DNA of 64,000 bases from an uncultured Pelagibacteraceae bacterium (GCA_902592445.1 CACJEN010000004.1:34991-98990); one strand, 5' to 3'; numbered from the stretch's first letter, positions 20,754-30,006 are shown. Made by a program: numbers and translations. The notes: generated from the letters alone by a model not told the origin.

Positions 20754-21682
20754 ACTGGTTAACAAAAGCAATAAAATTTGGTGAAAAAATAAAAAAGGTT
20801 TTAAAGAAAAGACCTTCAAAAGAAGATATTGAAAATTCAGATTGGACAAGCTGTTGCAAAGGTCCTGTTTTAAAAAAAGAACTTGAAAATAATTTATGGG
20901 TATGTGGTTCTTGTGGTAAGCACCATAGAATAAGTTGTAGACAAAGATTTGATATTTTATTTGGTAAAAATTCTTATGAAATTCTTGAGACACCTATACC
21001 GGCTGAAGATCCTTTAAATTGGGTCGATACAAAATCGTATAAGGATAGGTTAAAAGCCGCTAGAAAGAAAACTAATCAAAATTGCGCTGTGATGATTGCA
21101 AGAGGAAAAGTTGATGGGATTGAAATAACTGCAGGTGCAATTAATTTTGATTTTATTGGTGGATCAGTAGGAGCAGCGGAAGGAGAAGCTATTATTTATG
21201 GTGTCCAACATGCAATTGACAACCAAACTCCTTATGTTTTCTTTCCTTGTGGAGGTGGCCAAAGAATGTTTGAGTCACCCATTGCACTTGCAAACATGAC
21301 TAGAACAACTTTAGCTATAAATGAATTAAAGAAAAATAATTTACCTTACTTAGTTTGTTTTACTGATCCAACAGCAGGGGGTATCACTGCATCTTTTGCA
21401 ATGTTGGGTGATATCCATTTTGCTGAACCTGGATGCTTAATTGCATTTGCTGGAAAAAGAGTAATCCAAGCAACAGTAAAAGAAGAATTGAGCGCAGACT
21501 TTCAAACGTCAGAGTTTGTCGAAAAACATGGATTTGTTGATAGAGTTATTCAAAGGAAAGATATAAGAAAAGAAATCAGCACCCTTTTATCAATATTGCT
21601 TAAGAGAGAAACTGAGTTAAATTCAGAAAAATTAAATGACTCTTCAGACAATATTGAACCGCTTACAAAAGCTGCATCCTAA
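20750..21682 (+). CDS. accD: Acetyl-CoA carboxylase carboxyltransferase beta
   Basis: F.FIGGSVG, DPTAGG.TAS, FAG.RVI. Confidence 0.95.
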   Translation: MNWLTKAIKFGEKIKKVLKKRPSKEDIENSDWTSCCKGPVLKKELENNLWVCGSCGKHHRISCRQRFDILFGKNSYEILETPIPAEDPLNWVDTKSYKDRLKAARKKTNQNCAVMIARGKVDGIEITAGAINFDFIGGSVGAAEGEAIIYGVQHAIDNQTPYVFFPCGGGQRMFESPIALANMTRTTLAINELKKNNLPYLVCFTDPTAGGITASFAMLGDIHFAEPGCLIAFAGKRVIQATVKEELSADFQTSEFVEKHGFVDRVIQRKDIRKEISTLLSILLKRETELNSEKLNDSSDNIEPLTKAAS

Positions 21683-22901
21683 AGAAATAGATTTAAGTCT
21701 AGATAGAGTTAAAAATCTTTGTAAAAAACTTGGTAATCCTCAAAAAGATTTAAGATATATTTCTGTTGTTGGAACAAATGGAAAATATTCAACAATTCAG
21801 GCGCTAAGAGCAATTTTAAAAGAAGCCAACATTAAATGTAATATTTATACTAGCCCCCATATTCAAAGGATTAATGAAAGATTTATATTTAATGATAAGG
21901 AAATTTCAGACTCTGATCTTTCGGATTTATTAGTAGAAGTTGAGGAAGTGAACAATGGGGAGGAAATTACTTATTTTGAAATCCTAACTGCAGCCTATTT
22001 TTTCCATGCAAGCAAATATAAGAAAAATATAAATATTATTGAAAGCGGTTTATTTCACAGATTTGATGCTACTAACATAATTGATGAAAATATATTAAGT
22101 GTTGTTACAGCAATAGGCTTAGATCATTTAGATTGGCTTCCTAAAAACGAACAAACCATTGAAAAAATTGTTTACGAAAAAACATCAGCTTTATTAAATT
22201 CTAAAATTGTTGTCGCCAAACAAAGTAGTGATGATACACAAGAATTAATAAAACTATCCTTATCCTCAAATGAAGCAAAAAAAATCACATTTAATGATAA
22301 TTTTAGTTATTCAATTAATGAAAATGAATTTATTTATTTTGAAGATGAGTTCGGAGGAATAAAATTACCTCAACCAAATTTAGTGGGACAATTTCAAATT
22401 GATAATTCAGCTACAGCAGTTGCAGCTGCTAGAAATCTAGATTTAAATATAACTGAAGAAAATATAAAATCTGGAATTACAAAGATTAAAAGTATTGCAA
22501 GACTTCAAGAAATTAAATCAGGTAAATTAAAGGATTTATGTAAAAATAATCAACTATTTGTTGATGGATCTCATAATCCTTTGGGAGCAAAAGTATTGAA
22601 TGATTATTTACAAACACTGAAATGTAAAAAACATATAATTTTAGGTATGATGGCAAATAAAGATCATGAGGAATACATAAGCTATTTTAAGAATATTTCT
22701 TCATTAACAACAATAGATATTCCAAATCAACCTAACTCAATTAAAGGCAAGGATCTGAAAAATAAGCTAAATAAATTTCCTAATCTAAATTATGAAAATT
22801 CAGTGGAAGATGCGTTAAAGAAAATTTCTACTAACAAAGATGATCTCATACTTATCACAGGATCTCTTTATCTAGCTGGGGAAGTTTTAAATTTAAATTA
22901 G
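21636..22901 (+). CDS. folC: Folylpolyglutamate/dihydrofolate synthase
   Basis: GTNGK, YTSPH, TYFE, FDATN, DGSHNP, GSLYLAG. Confidence 0.95.
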   Translation: MTLQTILNRLQKLHPKEIDLSLDRVKNLCKKLGNPQKDLRYISVVGTNGKYSTIQALRAILKEANIKCNIYTSPHIQRINERFIFNDKEISDSDLSDLLVEVEEVNNGEEITYFEILTAAYFFHASKYKKNINIIESGLFHRFDATNIIDENILSVVTAIGLDHLDWLPKNEQTIEKIVYEKTSALLNSKIVVAKQSSDDTQELIKLSLSSNEAKKITFNDNFSYSINENEFIYFEDEFGGIKLPQPNLVGQFQIDNSATAVAAARNLDLNITEENIKSGITKIKSIARLQEIKSGKLKDLCKNNQLFVDGSHNPLGAKVLNDYLQTLKCKKHIILGMMANKDHEEYISYFKNISSLTTIDIPNQPNSIKGKDLKNKLNKFPNLNYENSVEDALKKISTNKDDLILITGSLYLAGEVLNLN

Positions 22902-23218
22902 ATATTTTCTTTTATCCAAGAAACAATATCTGATTTTGGTGTTGCTCCAACTTTAGTCGATTTTAACTCTCCATCTTTGAAAAGTAACATTGTAGGTATA
23001 CCTCTAACACCATATTTTGTTGGCGTATTAGGTTCTTCATCAATGTTATGTTTTGCAATAGATACATCGTTTGCCATCTCATCTGAGATTTCTTCTAAAA
23101 TCGGTCCGACCATTTTGCAAGGCCCACACCACTCTGCCCAAAAATCAACTACAATTGGTTTGGATGATTTTAAGACTTCTGTATCAAAATTTTCGTCTGT
23201 AATTTTCAATGTTGCCAT
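22898..23218 (-). CDS. trxA: Thioredoxin
   Basis: WCGPC active site. Confidence 0.98.
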   Translation of the reverse strand: MATLKITDENFDTEVLKSSKPIVVDFWAEWCGPCKMVGPILEEISDEMANDVSIAKHNIDEEPNTPTKYGVRGIPTMLLFKDGELKSTKVGATPKSDIVSWIKENI

Positions 23219-23284
23219 ATGGTTTATATATAAATTTAATTTTTTAATTCAATACTTAATATACATATGTTCAAATTATCCACA

Positions 23285-24718
23285 TCATACATTTTCATAT
23301 TTTTTTTGTATTGACATTGCGTAATTATTGAATTCATCAAGCAAATTTAATTTTTCCTCATCATTTTCATTTGTATACTTTTCTCTTAAGGTATCTATCT
23401 CAGTGTAAAGAGTAGGAATAGTCCACCATTTTTCTTTTCTTTCACTTAATATTCTTTTAGCGATATCTCTTCTCATAGATTTAAGTATCTCAGGTGGTAA
23501 CGTTTCAGGTGCCTCTTGATAAATAATTTTTTTTCCAAAACCAACCAATCTATCATCTTCGAATTTGTCTAATAACTTTAATTTATCTTTCCATGATGCA
23601 GAATGCCAGGCTGGGAATAATGCGGTATCTTTGTTTGAGGTAAACTTTGTATAAATACTTTCTTCAGCATAAATATCTTCTTGTGATTTTGAGTGTTCTT
23701 TTTCCTCTGCCACTTCTCTTAAGGCAACAAGAATATTTTGAGAAAATTTTTCATTTTTTTGGACAATTTCTGCTCTCTTATTTATTAAACTTTTATCCAT
23801 TGCATTATAGGGTTCTGCTTTCATTCCATATTTTGCATCAACAATGATTGGAGCTTTATTTGATCTAATAGTTCTTAAAAACTTAGGTGATTTTTTCATT
23901 TCAACCTTTAATTCATTTATTGATAAATTTAACAACGGATCAACATCTGTTCTTAAATCAACAGAATAATACCAACCTTGGTAGATTGGATGCATGCAAT
24001 ATTTTGGATGCAGTGGAACCACTAAATGGAGCCGTGACTTTCCATAATAATATTCGTTTAAAGTAAAAATATCACCTTTTTTAATAATTGTTTCAGTATC
24101 AGATTTATTCGCTGTCTTTAAAAAATCATCCCAAGTATGTCCTTGTTTTTTTTTAACAATGCTTAATACTTTAGCAGTCATCTCTGCATCAGCTAGTGCC
24201 GAGTGAGCATCGCTTGAGTCTATTCCTTGCATACGTGCAAGTGATTCTAATTTAAATACTGCATTATTCTTTTCATTAAATTCTACCTCTAAAATATTTG
24301 GATCTACTGCATAAGCTGCTCGAGCAATATTAATTCCATCATGTCTTTTATTTGGTGCTGCATTGGTTAAATAGGGATATCTTATTCCTTTAAAGAATTC
24401 TTTTCTGATCATTTCATCATCAAACCCAATATTTGACCAACCAAGAAATATTGCGGGACTCCATTTTTTGAAGATTTTCTCAACCTCGGCCAACATTTGA
24501 TAATGACTTAAGTTTGCTTGTGTAAGTTTTTTAATTGAAGTTTTATTTACAATTAAGGCCATCGCCTGAAAGATTTCGCCATCTGGCAATCGACATCGTA
24601 AGTTAAATCTATCTTTTTCTTTGAAGTTTTCATCAACAAGCACTCCACCGATTTCAATTATGCTGCCAAAATCAGTGCTAGCACTTGATGACTCTATATC
24701 CCAAATTGCTAAATTCAT
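23285..24718 (-). CDS. sbcB: Exodeoxyribonuclease I (DEDDh 3'-5' ssDNA exonuclease)
   Basis: WDIES, WSNIGFDDE, FKLE.LA, AHSALADA, IRSNKAP; about 480 aa; AAGGA RBS. Confidence 0.88.
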   Translation of the reverse strand: MNLAIWDIESSSASTDFGSIIEIGGVLVDENFKEKDRFNLRCRLPDGEIFQAMALIVNKTSIKKLTQANLSHYQMLAEVEKIFKKWSPAIFLGWSNIGFDDEMIRKEFFKGIRYPYLTNAAPNKRHDGINIARAAYAVDPNILEVEFNEKNNAVFKLESLARMQGIDSSDAHSALADAEMTAKVLSIVKKKQGHTWDDFLKTANKSDTETIIKKGDIFTLNEYYYGKSRLHLVVPLHPKYCMHPIYQGWYYSVDLRTDVDPLLNLSINELKVEMKKSPKFLRTIRSNKAPIIVDAKYGMKAEPYNAMDKSLINKRAEIVQKNEKFSQNILVALREVAEEKEHSKSQEDIYAEESIYTKFTSNKDTALFPAWHSASWKDKLKLLDKFEDDRLVGFGKKIIYQEAPETLPPEILKSMRRDIAKRILSERKEKWWTIPTLYTEIDTLREKYTNENDEEKLNLLDEFNNYAMSIQKKYENV

Positions 24719-24845
24719 AATTTAATCCTTTAATTAGCTTAGTTTTGATGTGTATTTGGAAAGTTTTTATTTGAACTAAACCATTTGCATCTAAACAAGT
24801 AGCTTCTAGTTAGTAGTATCTCTTTTATGAATTGGAAAGTTAAAG

Positions 24846-25532
24846 TCAAGATATATTATTCATCTCGTAAAATTTTTTAACCCTTCCCATAAATAAATTT
24901 TGATACATTTCTAATTCGGCCCCTTCAATTTTAAATTCTTGAAATAAATTATCTTTAGTACATAAAAGTATTATTCCTGCTTTCATTTTTGTTCGATGTA
25001 CTACATCGTGAGCTAAAGTGTATGCTCCAAGTTGTAAAAAATAATCTTGAATATAATCAACTTTTTTTGGTTTATTTGCTTGTTTAAAATCTACAACAAC
25101 ATCTTTTCCTTCATAAAAACCAATAAGGTCTGCAGTCCCCGCATATTGTTCGGGGTAATAAAGTGTTTCCTCCATACCATAAATTTCATGTAATCTTCCT
25201 TTGATTCCTTTTTCAATGATTTCTTTTGCCATATTTTTATGTTGCTCATTCGTTTCAAAAAAACTTTCGTTAATTCTTCCTCTTAAAAAATCTTCAATGT
25301 ATGAATGCATTGATGTGCCTCTGGTTGAAGCTTCGGTTTTTATTCTATTAGCTTCTTTGTGGCCTACTCTTTCTTTCCAATTTGCAAGAGCCGCTTTTTC
25401 CTCCTCAGATTTCGTAGCACCTAAAATAGTTGTTACACTTGGTAATTTTTCATCTCCAAATAAATATTTTCTATATCCATTCTCTATTGATCTTGATGAC
25501 TTTGGGTAAGTATATTTATTATTCCACTCCAT
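24846..25532 (-). CDS. PD-(D/E)XK exonuclease, phage/MGME1-like
   Basis: LPSVTTIL, RGTSMH, E..LY, YAGTAD, DFKQ, QLGAY: RecB-family nuclease motifs. Confidence 0.85.
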   Translation of the reverse strand: MEWNNKYTYPKSSRSIENGYRKYLFGDEKLPSVTTILGATKSEEEKAALANWKERVGHKEANRIKTEASTRGTSMHSYIEDFLRGRINESFFETNEQHKNMAKEIIEKGIKGRLHEIYGMEETLYYPEQYAGTADLIGFYEGKDVVVDFKQANKPKKVDYIQDYFLQLGAYTLAHDVVHRTKMKAGIILLCTKDNLFQEFKIEGAELEMYQNLFMGRVKKFYEMNNIS

Positions 25533-25569
25533 TAAATTTCTTATATTTGGATTTAAACTAAAAATGAAA

Positions 25570-26664
25570 CTAATTTTTGAGTTGTTTTGGATGGTTCTCT
25601 AGTCTTTCAACATTTTCATTTTTTATAGCTTTTTCTATTTGTTCAGGATCTTTAATGTTTTCTAGTGTTCTTGTAATTGACCTTGCGTCCGTTCCAAATT
25701 TATCAACTACAGTCATTGCTTCTTCTAATTTTTTTCTAAGTGAGATTATATTATCAAAATGTTTAGCAAATCTTGTACTTATTGTTTTTAAATGATTATA
25801 AATTTCAGTTGCACCCTTTTGGACTTTTAAAGATTGAAAACCCATATGTAGAGATTGAAGATATGCTGAGAGTGTATTTGGTCCACAAATTACAACTTTA
25901 TATTTTTTCATTAGTTCTTGAGTTAATAACTCTTTAGTGCTTGGATCTTGATATTCAGTTAACTCTTTATACAAACTTTCGGTAGGAGCATATACAATTG
26001 CAAAATCTGTTGTTTTCGGTGGAACAATATATTTTTCATTCACACTTTTTGCTTTTGCTTTAAATGCGGATGCTAGTTTTGTTTTAGCATCTGCGACTGC
26101 TTTTTTATCATCTGCATCATAACCATCTGTAATTGCTTTATATTTTTCAACTGGAAAATGGGAGTCTACTGGAACCAAAACATCTCCTTGAAGTTTAATT
26201 GCAAATTCAACATTCTCGCTAGTACTCTCCTTCATCTTCACATTTGTCATAAATTGTGAGGCTGGCAATAAATCTTTTATCAAAGCATCCAAACTAAATT
26301 CTGCCAAAACTCCATATTTCTTCACACCTGCTAAAATTTTAGTTATTCCTTCTTGGCTTTGATTTAATAATTGTACTTGCTGATTAAAATTTCCAACTTT
26401 TTCATCCACTTTTGTTAGTGCTTCGGTCATGTCTTTTGTAACACCAGTTGACAGGTTATTAAATGAGGTCGACATTGCACCAAGTGAGCTATTAATAGTA
26501 GAATTAAGCGTATCTTTTAAACTTGAAATTTCTGATTTTAGATTTGCAATTTCCTCTGCTTCCTTTTTTTCATCTTTTTTTTGGTTAGATTTCAAATTTA
26601 TGAACAGTATTGCTAAAGCAACACCAAATATTAAAACTAGAATAATTAATAAAATTACATCCAT
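25570..26664 (-). CDS. rmuC: DNA recombination protein RmuC family
   Basis: TM helix plus coiled coil, G.LAEFSL, VEFAIKL, DSHFP, KYIVPPKTTDFA..Y.PTE, GP.TL.A.L. Confidence 0.9.
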   Translation of the reverse strand: MDVILLIILVLIFGVALAILFINLKSNQKKDEKKEAEEIANLKSEISSLKDTLNSTINSSLGAMSTSFNNLSTGVTKDMTEALTKVDEKVGNFNQQVQLLNQSQEGITKILAGVKKYGVLAEFSLDALIKDLLPASQFMTNVKMKESTSENVEFAIKLQGDVLVPVDSHFPVEKYKAITDGYDADDKKAVADAKTKLASAFKAKAKSVNEKYIVPPKTTDFAIVYAPTESLYKELTEYQDPSTKELLTQELMKKYKVVICGPNTLSAYLQSLHMGFQSLKVQKGATEIYNHLKTISTRFAKHFDNIISLRKKLEEAMTVVDKFGTDARSITRTLENIKDPEQIEKAIKNENVERLENHPKQLKN

Positions 26665-26702
26665 GATTCGTAAGTAGCTATTAAAAATAAGACTAAAGTT
26701 TT

Positions 26703-27380
26703 TTATTTTGAAATCAAATTAATAACTTTTTTAATTCCCTTAATTTTCACACTTTTTTTAGATATCATTAAACAAGCTTGAGATTTTAAAATTTCACCAT
26801 CTTTTAGAATTCTTAGATTGTTGGCTTTTAGGGTTTCACCAGTTGATGTTATGTCGGTTATGATTTCAGAAGATCCTGTAAATGGATAAATTTCTGTTGC
26901 ACCAAGACTTTTAACTAACTTAAATTGAGTTACACCTCTTTGAAATAGAAATTCCCTAGTTAAGTTAGGGTATTTAGTTGCAACTCTTAATCTACTTTTT
27001 TTTTTATCTTTAAACTCAAAAGCTATTTCTTCTAAATCAGCTAATGTCTGAACATCAATCCAATCATCAGGAATAGCTATTACTAATGTTGCATTGCCAA
27101 AGTTATATTTTTTTTTAACCAAGATTTGTTGTTTAATATTAATTTCACTTTCTTTCAATAAATCATAACCTGAGAAACCAATATCTAGAGATCCATCTCC
27201 TAATCTTTCCACGATCTCTCTTGCATGTAGGTAGGTAACATTGATATTTTTAAATCCTTTAATGTATCCAAATAAATCTCTCTCTCCCCGTTCAGATAAA
27301 AGTTTTAATTTTTTTTTTGAAAAAACATTTAAAACATCTTTTCTTAGTCTTCCCTTGCTTGGTATTCCAATATTAATCAT
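26703..27380 (-). CDS. hisG: ATP phosphoribosyltransferase, short form
   Basis: IPSKGRL, VATKYPN, GATE, DITSTGETLKANNL. Confidence 0.96.
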   Translation of the reverse strand: MINIGIPSKGRLRKDVLNVFSKKKLKLLSERGERDLFGYIKGFKNINVTYLHAREIVERLGDGSLDIGFSGYDLLKESEINIKQQILVKKKYNFGNATLVIAIPDDWIDVQTLADLEEIAFEFKDKKKSRLRVATKYPNLTREFLFQRGVTQFKLVKSLGATEIYPFTGSSEIITDITSTGETLKANNLRILKDGEILKSQACLMISKKSVKIKGIKKVINLISK

Positions 27381-28425
27381 TTAAATTTATTGCAGCTCCT
27401 ACTGCTGGTATTTTTTTGTTTGATCCAAGATCTCCAATTAAATTATCGTACCTTCCACCATTGATAATATTTATATTTTTAGATTTTTTTTTAATTTCAA
27501 TTTTAAATACAAGACCAGTATAATATTCCAGTTGCCTTCCAAATGAAGCTGAATATCTAATATTTAATTTTGAGACTTTGTTTTTAGTTATTGGAAAATA
27601 GTTACTCTCAACTCGTAAATTAATTTTATTTTTTCTAAAAAATGAATTTAATTTATTTGCTGCTTGATCTATTGAGCAATTTATTTTGAGAAATTCTTTA
27701 ATGATTTTTGCAACATTTTTTCCTTTTTTTGCTCTTCTTGGATCTTTTATTTTATAATTAAACCTTTCTAAAATTTCATTAACAGATCTTCCTGCAATCA
27801 TCTTATATTGCGCTTGTTTAAGCATTTGTTGATATCTTTTTTTATCAATCTCAACAATTGTTGGATCAACATCGGAATTTGTTTCGAGACGTTTTAATAA
27901 TTCATTAAAATAATTTTCTCTCCAAAAATGTCTTTGAAGTCTTAAACTCCATCTCTTTGGTATATCCAATTTATTTAAAAGCAGCTTAAATATCTCTATA
28001 TTGCCGATAGTGAGACTTCCTGAAGTATAATTAATTTTTGATAAAGATTTAATAGCAGTTTCTATAATTTTTTTATCGTCTTCTTTTTCTTTTTTAGAAC
28101 CAATGATTTCAAATCCAATTTGATTTCTTATTATAGGATCTGTTCTATTCAAGGTTTTCCTAAATGCTTGACCATTATAAAATACTTTTCTGGTACCTTT
28201 TGCTCTATCGTTTAAATACTTTAAACAAGATGTAATTGTTAAGTCAGGTCTTAAACAAAGTTCATTTCCATTTTGATCATTAAAAGAAAAGATAAATCTT
28301 CTAAAACTTTCACCTGATCTCTCCACAATATGATTAGTTTCAATAACAGAGTCTAATTCAATATATTTGAATCCTTTTGATCTTACAGATTTAAGAATAT
28401 TTTCAGATAAGTTTTTTGATTTCAT
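27373..28425 (-). CDS. hisZ: ATP phosphoribosyltransferase regulatory subunit
   Basis: LCLRPDLT, QIGFE, LEYYTG, GGRYD; between hisS and hisG. Confidence 0.93.
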   Translation of the reverse strand: MKSKNLSENILKSVRSKGFKYIELDSVIETNHIVERSGESFRRFIFSFNDQNGNELCLRPDLTITSCLKYLNDRAKGTRKVFYNGQAFRKTLNRTDPIIRNQIGFEIIGSKKEKEDDKKIIETAIKSLSKINYTSGSLTIGNIEIFKLLLNKLDIPKRWSLRLQRHFWRENYFNELLKRLETNSDVDPTIVEIDKKRYQQMLKQAQYKMIAGRSVNEILERFNYKIKDPRRAKKGKNVAKIIKEFLKINCSIDQAANKLNSFFRKNKINLRVESNYFPITKNKVSKLNIRYSASFGRQLEYYTGLVFKIEIKKKSKNINIINGGRYDNLIGDLGSNKKIPAVGAAINLND

Positions 28426-29791
28426 TTATAAGTTCATTTCTACTTATTGAAAGCTGATCGTTTTCTTTTGAAGAATTTAGTTTTTTTATTGTTAGCTTTT
28501 CATCTTTGATTTCATTTTCACCACAAATAATTGCTAAATCTAATTTTTTTCTATCCGCATACTGAAGTTGTTTTTTAAGATTTTTATTTTGATCTAAATA
28601 TATTTCTGCAGGAATATTATTATCTCTTAGTTCACTTACTATTTCATAATATTTTTTGATAAAATTTTTATCTAAAATACAAACTAATACTGGTTTAGTT
28701 TTATTTACTTTAATTTTTCCTAATTGATTTATAGCGTATAAAAGTCTGTCTATTCCTATAGACATTCCACTTCCTTTATAATCGGCACCTTTAAATCTTG
28801 CGATTAAGTTGTCATAGCGTCCACCACTCGCAACACTACCAATATTTATTTCTTTACCTTTTGCATTTGTTACTTTGAAGTTTAAATTAGTCTCAACTAA
28901 GAACCCTGTATAGTAGCTAAGTCCCCTGATTTTTGTAACATCAATACTAATAGAACCTTGATTATTTCCATAAGACAATATCTCAAATAGTTCTTCTAAT
29001 TCATTAATACCTTCAGCTGATAAATCATTTTTTAGATTTGATTTTAAATCTTTTATCTCTTTTAAATTAAGAAAGTTTATTATTTCTGAAACCTGGTTAT
29101 CAGATAATTCACAACCTTTTATAAAAGCACCAGATTGATCTTTTCTTCCAGTTTTTAATAATTCCTCTACTCCCTTTATTCCTAATCTATCTAATTTATC
29201 TATAGACTTTAAGACCTTGTATTGCTTATCTTCCTCGATTTTAAGTTTATAAATTAAACCTTGTAAGATTTTTTTATTGGAAACATTTATTGTGAATTGA
29301 TCTTTGGTAAGTCCAATTTTTTTAAATGACTCAGCGATAATATTACATATTTCTGCATCTGCCTGTGATGGGTTTACGTCACCTATTATATCTGCATCTA
29401 ATTGAGCAAATGAACGAAACCTAGCACTGTCAGCTTTTTCTTGTCTAAACACATTTCCATATGCAAATCTTTTGTAGGGAAAAACTAAATCTCTAAAATT
29501 TTCAGCACAAAAACGTGCTAATGGAGCACTTAAATCATACCTTAATGTTAAAGACTCTTTTTCATTCACAAAAGAAAAAACATCGCTCATAGGATTAGTT
29601 TCATCTTCTGCTAGAAATGATCCTATATTTTCGCTCTTTTCAAATTCTGGGGTCTCTAATTGCTCAAAGCTATAATTAATAAATACATCTTTTATAGTAT
29701 CTACTAATTTATTCTTAAGGTTTATTTCATCACCCCAACGATCTTTGAAACCTTTAGGTAAAGAGGCTTGAAGTTTTTTTTCTTTATTCAT
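28403..29791 (-). CDS. hisS: Histidyl-tRNA synthetase
   Basis: PKGFKD, LRYDL, RGLSYYTG, GGRYDNL, SIGIDR; true start at 29791 because the longer ORF runs through the tRNA. Confidence 0.96.
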   Translation of the reverse strand: MNKEKKLQASLPKGFKDRWGDEINLKNKLVDTIKDVFINYSFEQLETPEFEKSENIGSFLAEDETNPMSDVFSFVNEKESLTLRYDLSAPLARFCAENFRDLVFPYKRFAYGNVFRQEKADSARFRSFAQLDADIIGDVNPSQADAEICNIIAESFKKIGLTKDQFTINVSNKKILQGLIYKLKIEEDKQYKVLKSIDKLDRLGIKGVEELLKTGRKDQSGAFIKGCELSDNQVSEIINFLNLKEIKDLKSNLKNDLSAEGINELEELFEILSYGNNQGSISIDVTKIRGLSYYTGFLVETNLNFKVTNAKGKEINIGSVASGGRYDNLIARFKGADYKGSGMSIGIDRLLYAINQLGKIKVNKTKPVLVCILDKNFIKKYYEIVSELRDNNIPAEIYLDQNKNLKKQLQYADRKKLDLAIICGENEIKDEKLTIKKLNSSKENDQLSISRNELINEIKKLI

Positions 29792-29795
29792 TTTT

Positions 29796-29872
29796 TGGTA
29801 CACGGGGACAGATTCGAACTGTCGACCTTCGGTTCCACAAACCGCTGCTCTAACCAACTGAGCTACCCGTGC
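29796..29872 (-). tRNA. tRNA-His (GTG), G1-U72 pair, A73, no encoded G-1
   Basis: GCACGGG...CGGTT-TGTGG-AACCG...TTCGAAT...CCCGTGT-A-CCA cloverleaf. Confidence 0.96.
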
Positions 29873-29923
29873 TCCTTTTTATTGTTTTATACTAATTGTG
29901 GAAAAAATTAAATTTATAAATAA

Positions 29924-29998
29924 TTAAATAGCTAGCGTGCAGCCAGCATGGAAATGATGTCTGTGTGAACTTCTAGATGTTTCAGTTTTTTTAATCAT
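29924..29998 (-). CDS. Putative His-rich leader peptide MIKKTETSRSSHRHHFHAGCTLAI (24 aa)
   Basis: Translated by hand; 4 His codons within 6 codons; directly upstream of tRNA-His-hisS-hisZ-hisG. Confidence 0.8.
   Translation of the reverse strand: MIKKTETSRSSHRHHFHAGCTLAI
29931..29947 (-). terminator. Terminator/attenuator-like hairpin inside the His leader
   Basis: GCUGGC-UGCAC-GCUAGC 6-bp stem followed by UAUUUAAUUAUUU. Confidence 0.5.
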
Positions 29999-30006
29999 CG
30001 GTGAGT

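Noticed and set aside
24846-25532. Cas4/CRISPR or prophage interpretation of the PD-(D/E)XK gene
   Set aside because: No four-cysteine Fe-S motif, and no repeat array, cas, integrase or phage structural genes in the window
29792-29857. 22-aa N-terminal extension of HisS in the ORF track
   Set aside because: It is the tRNA-His gene read as protein; HisRS-like sequence begins at the ATG at 29791
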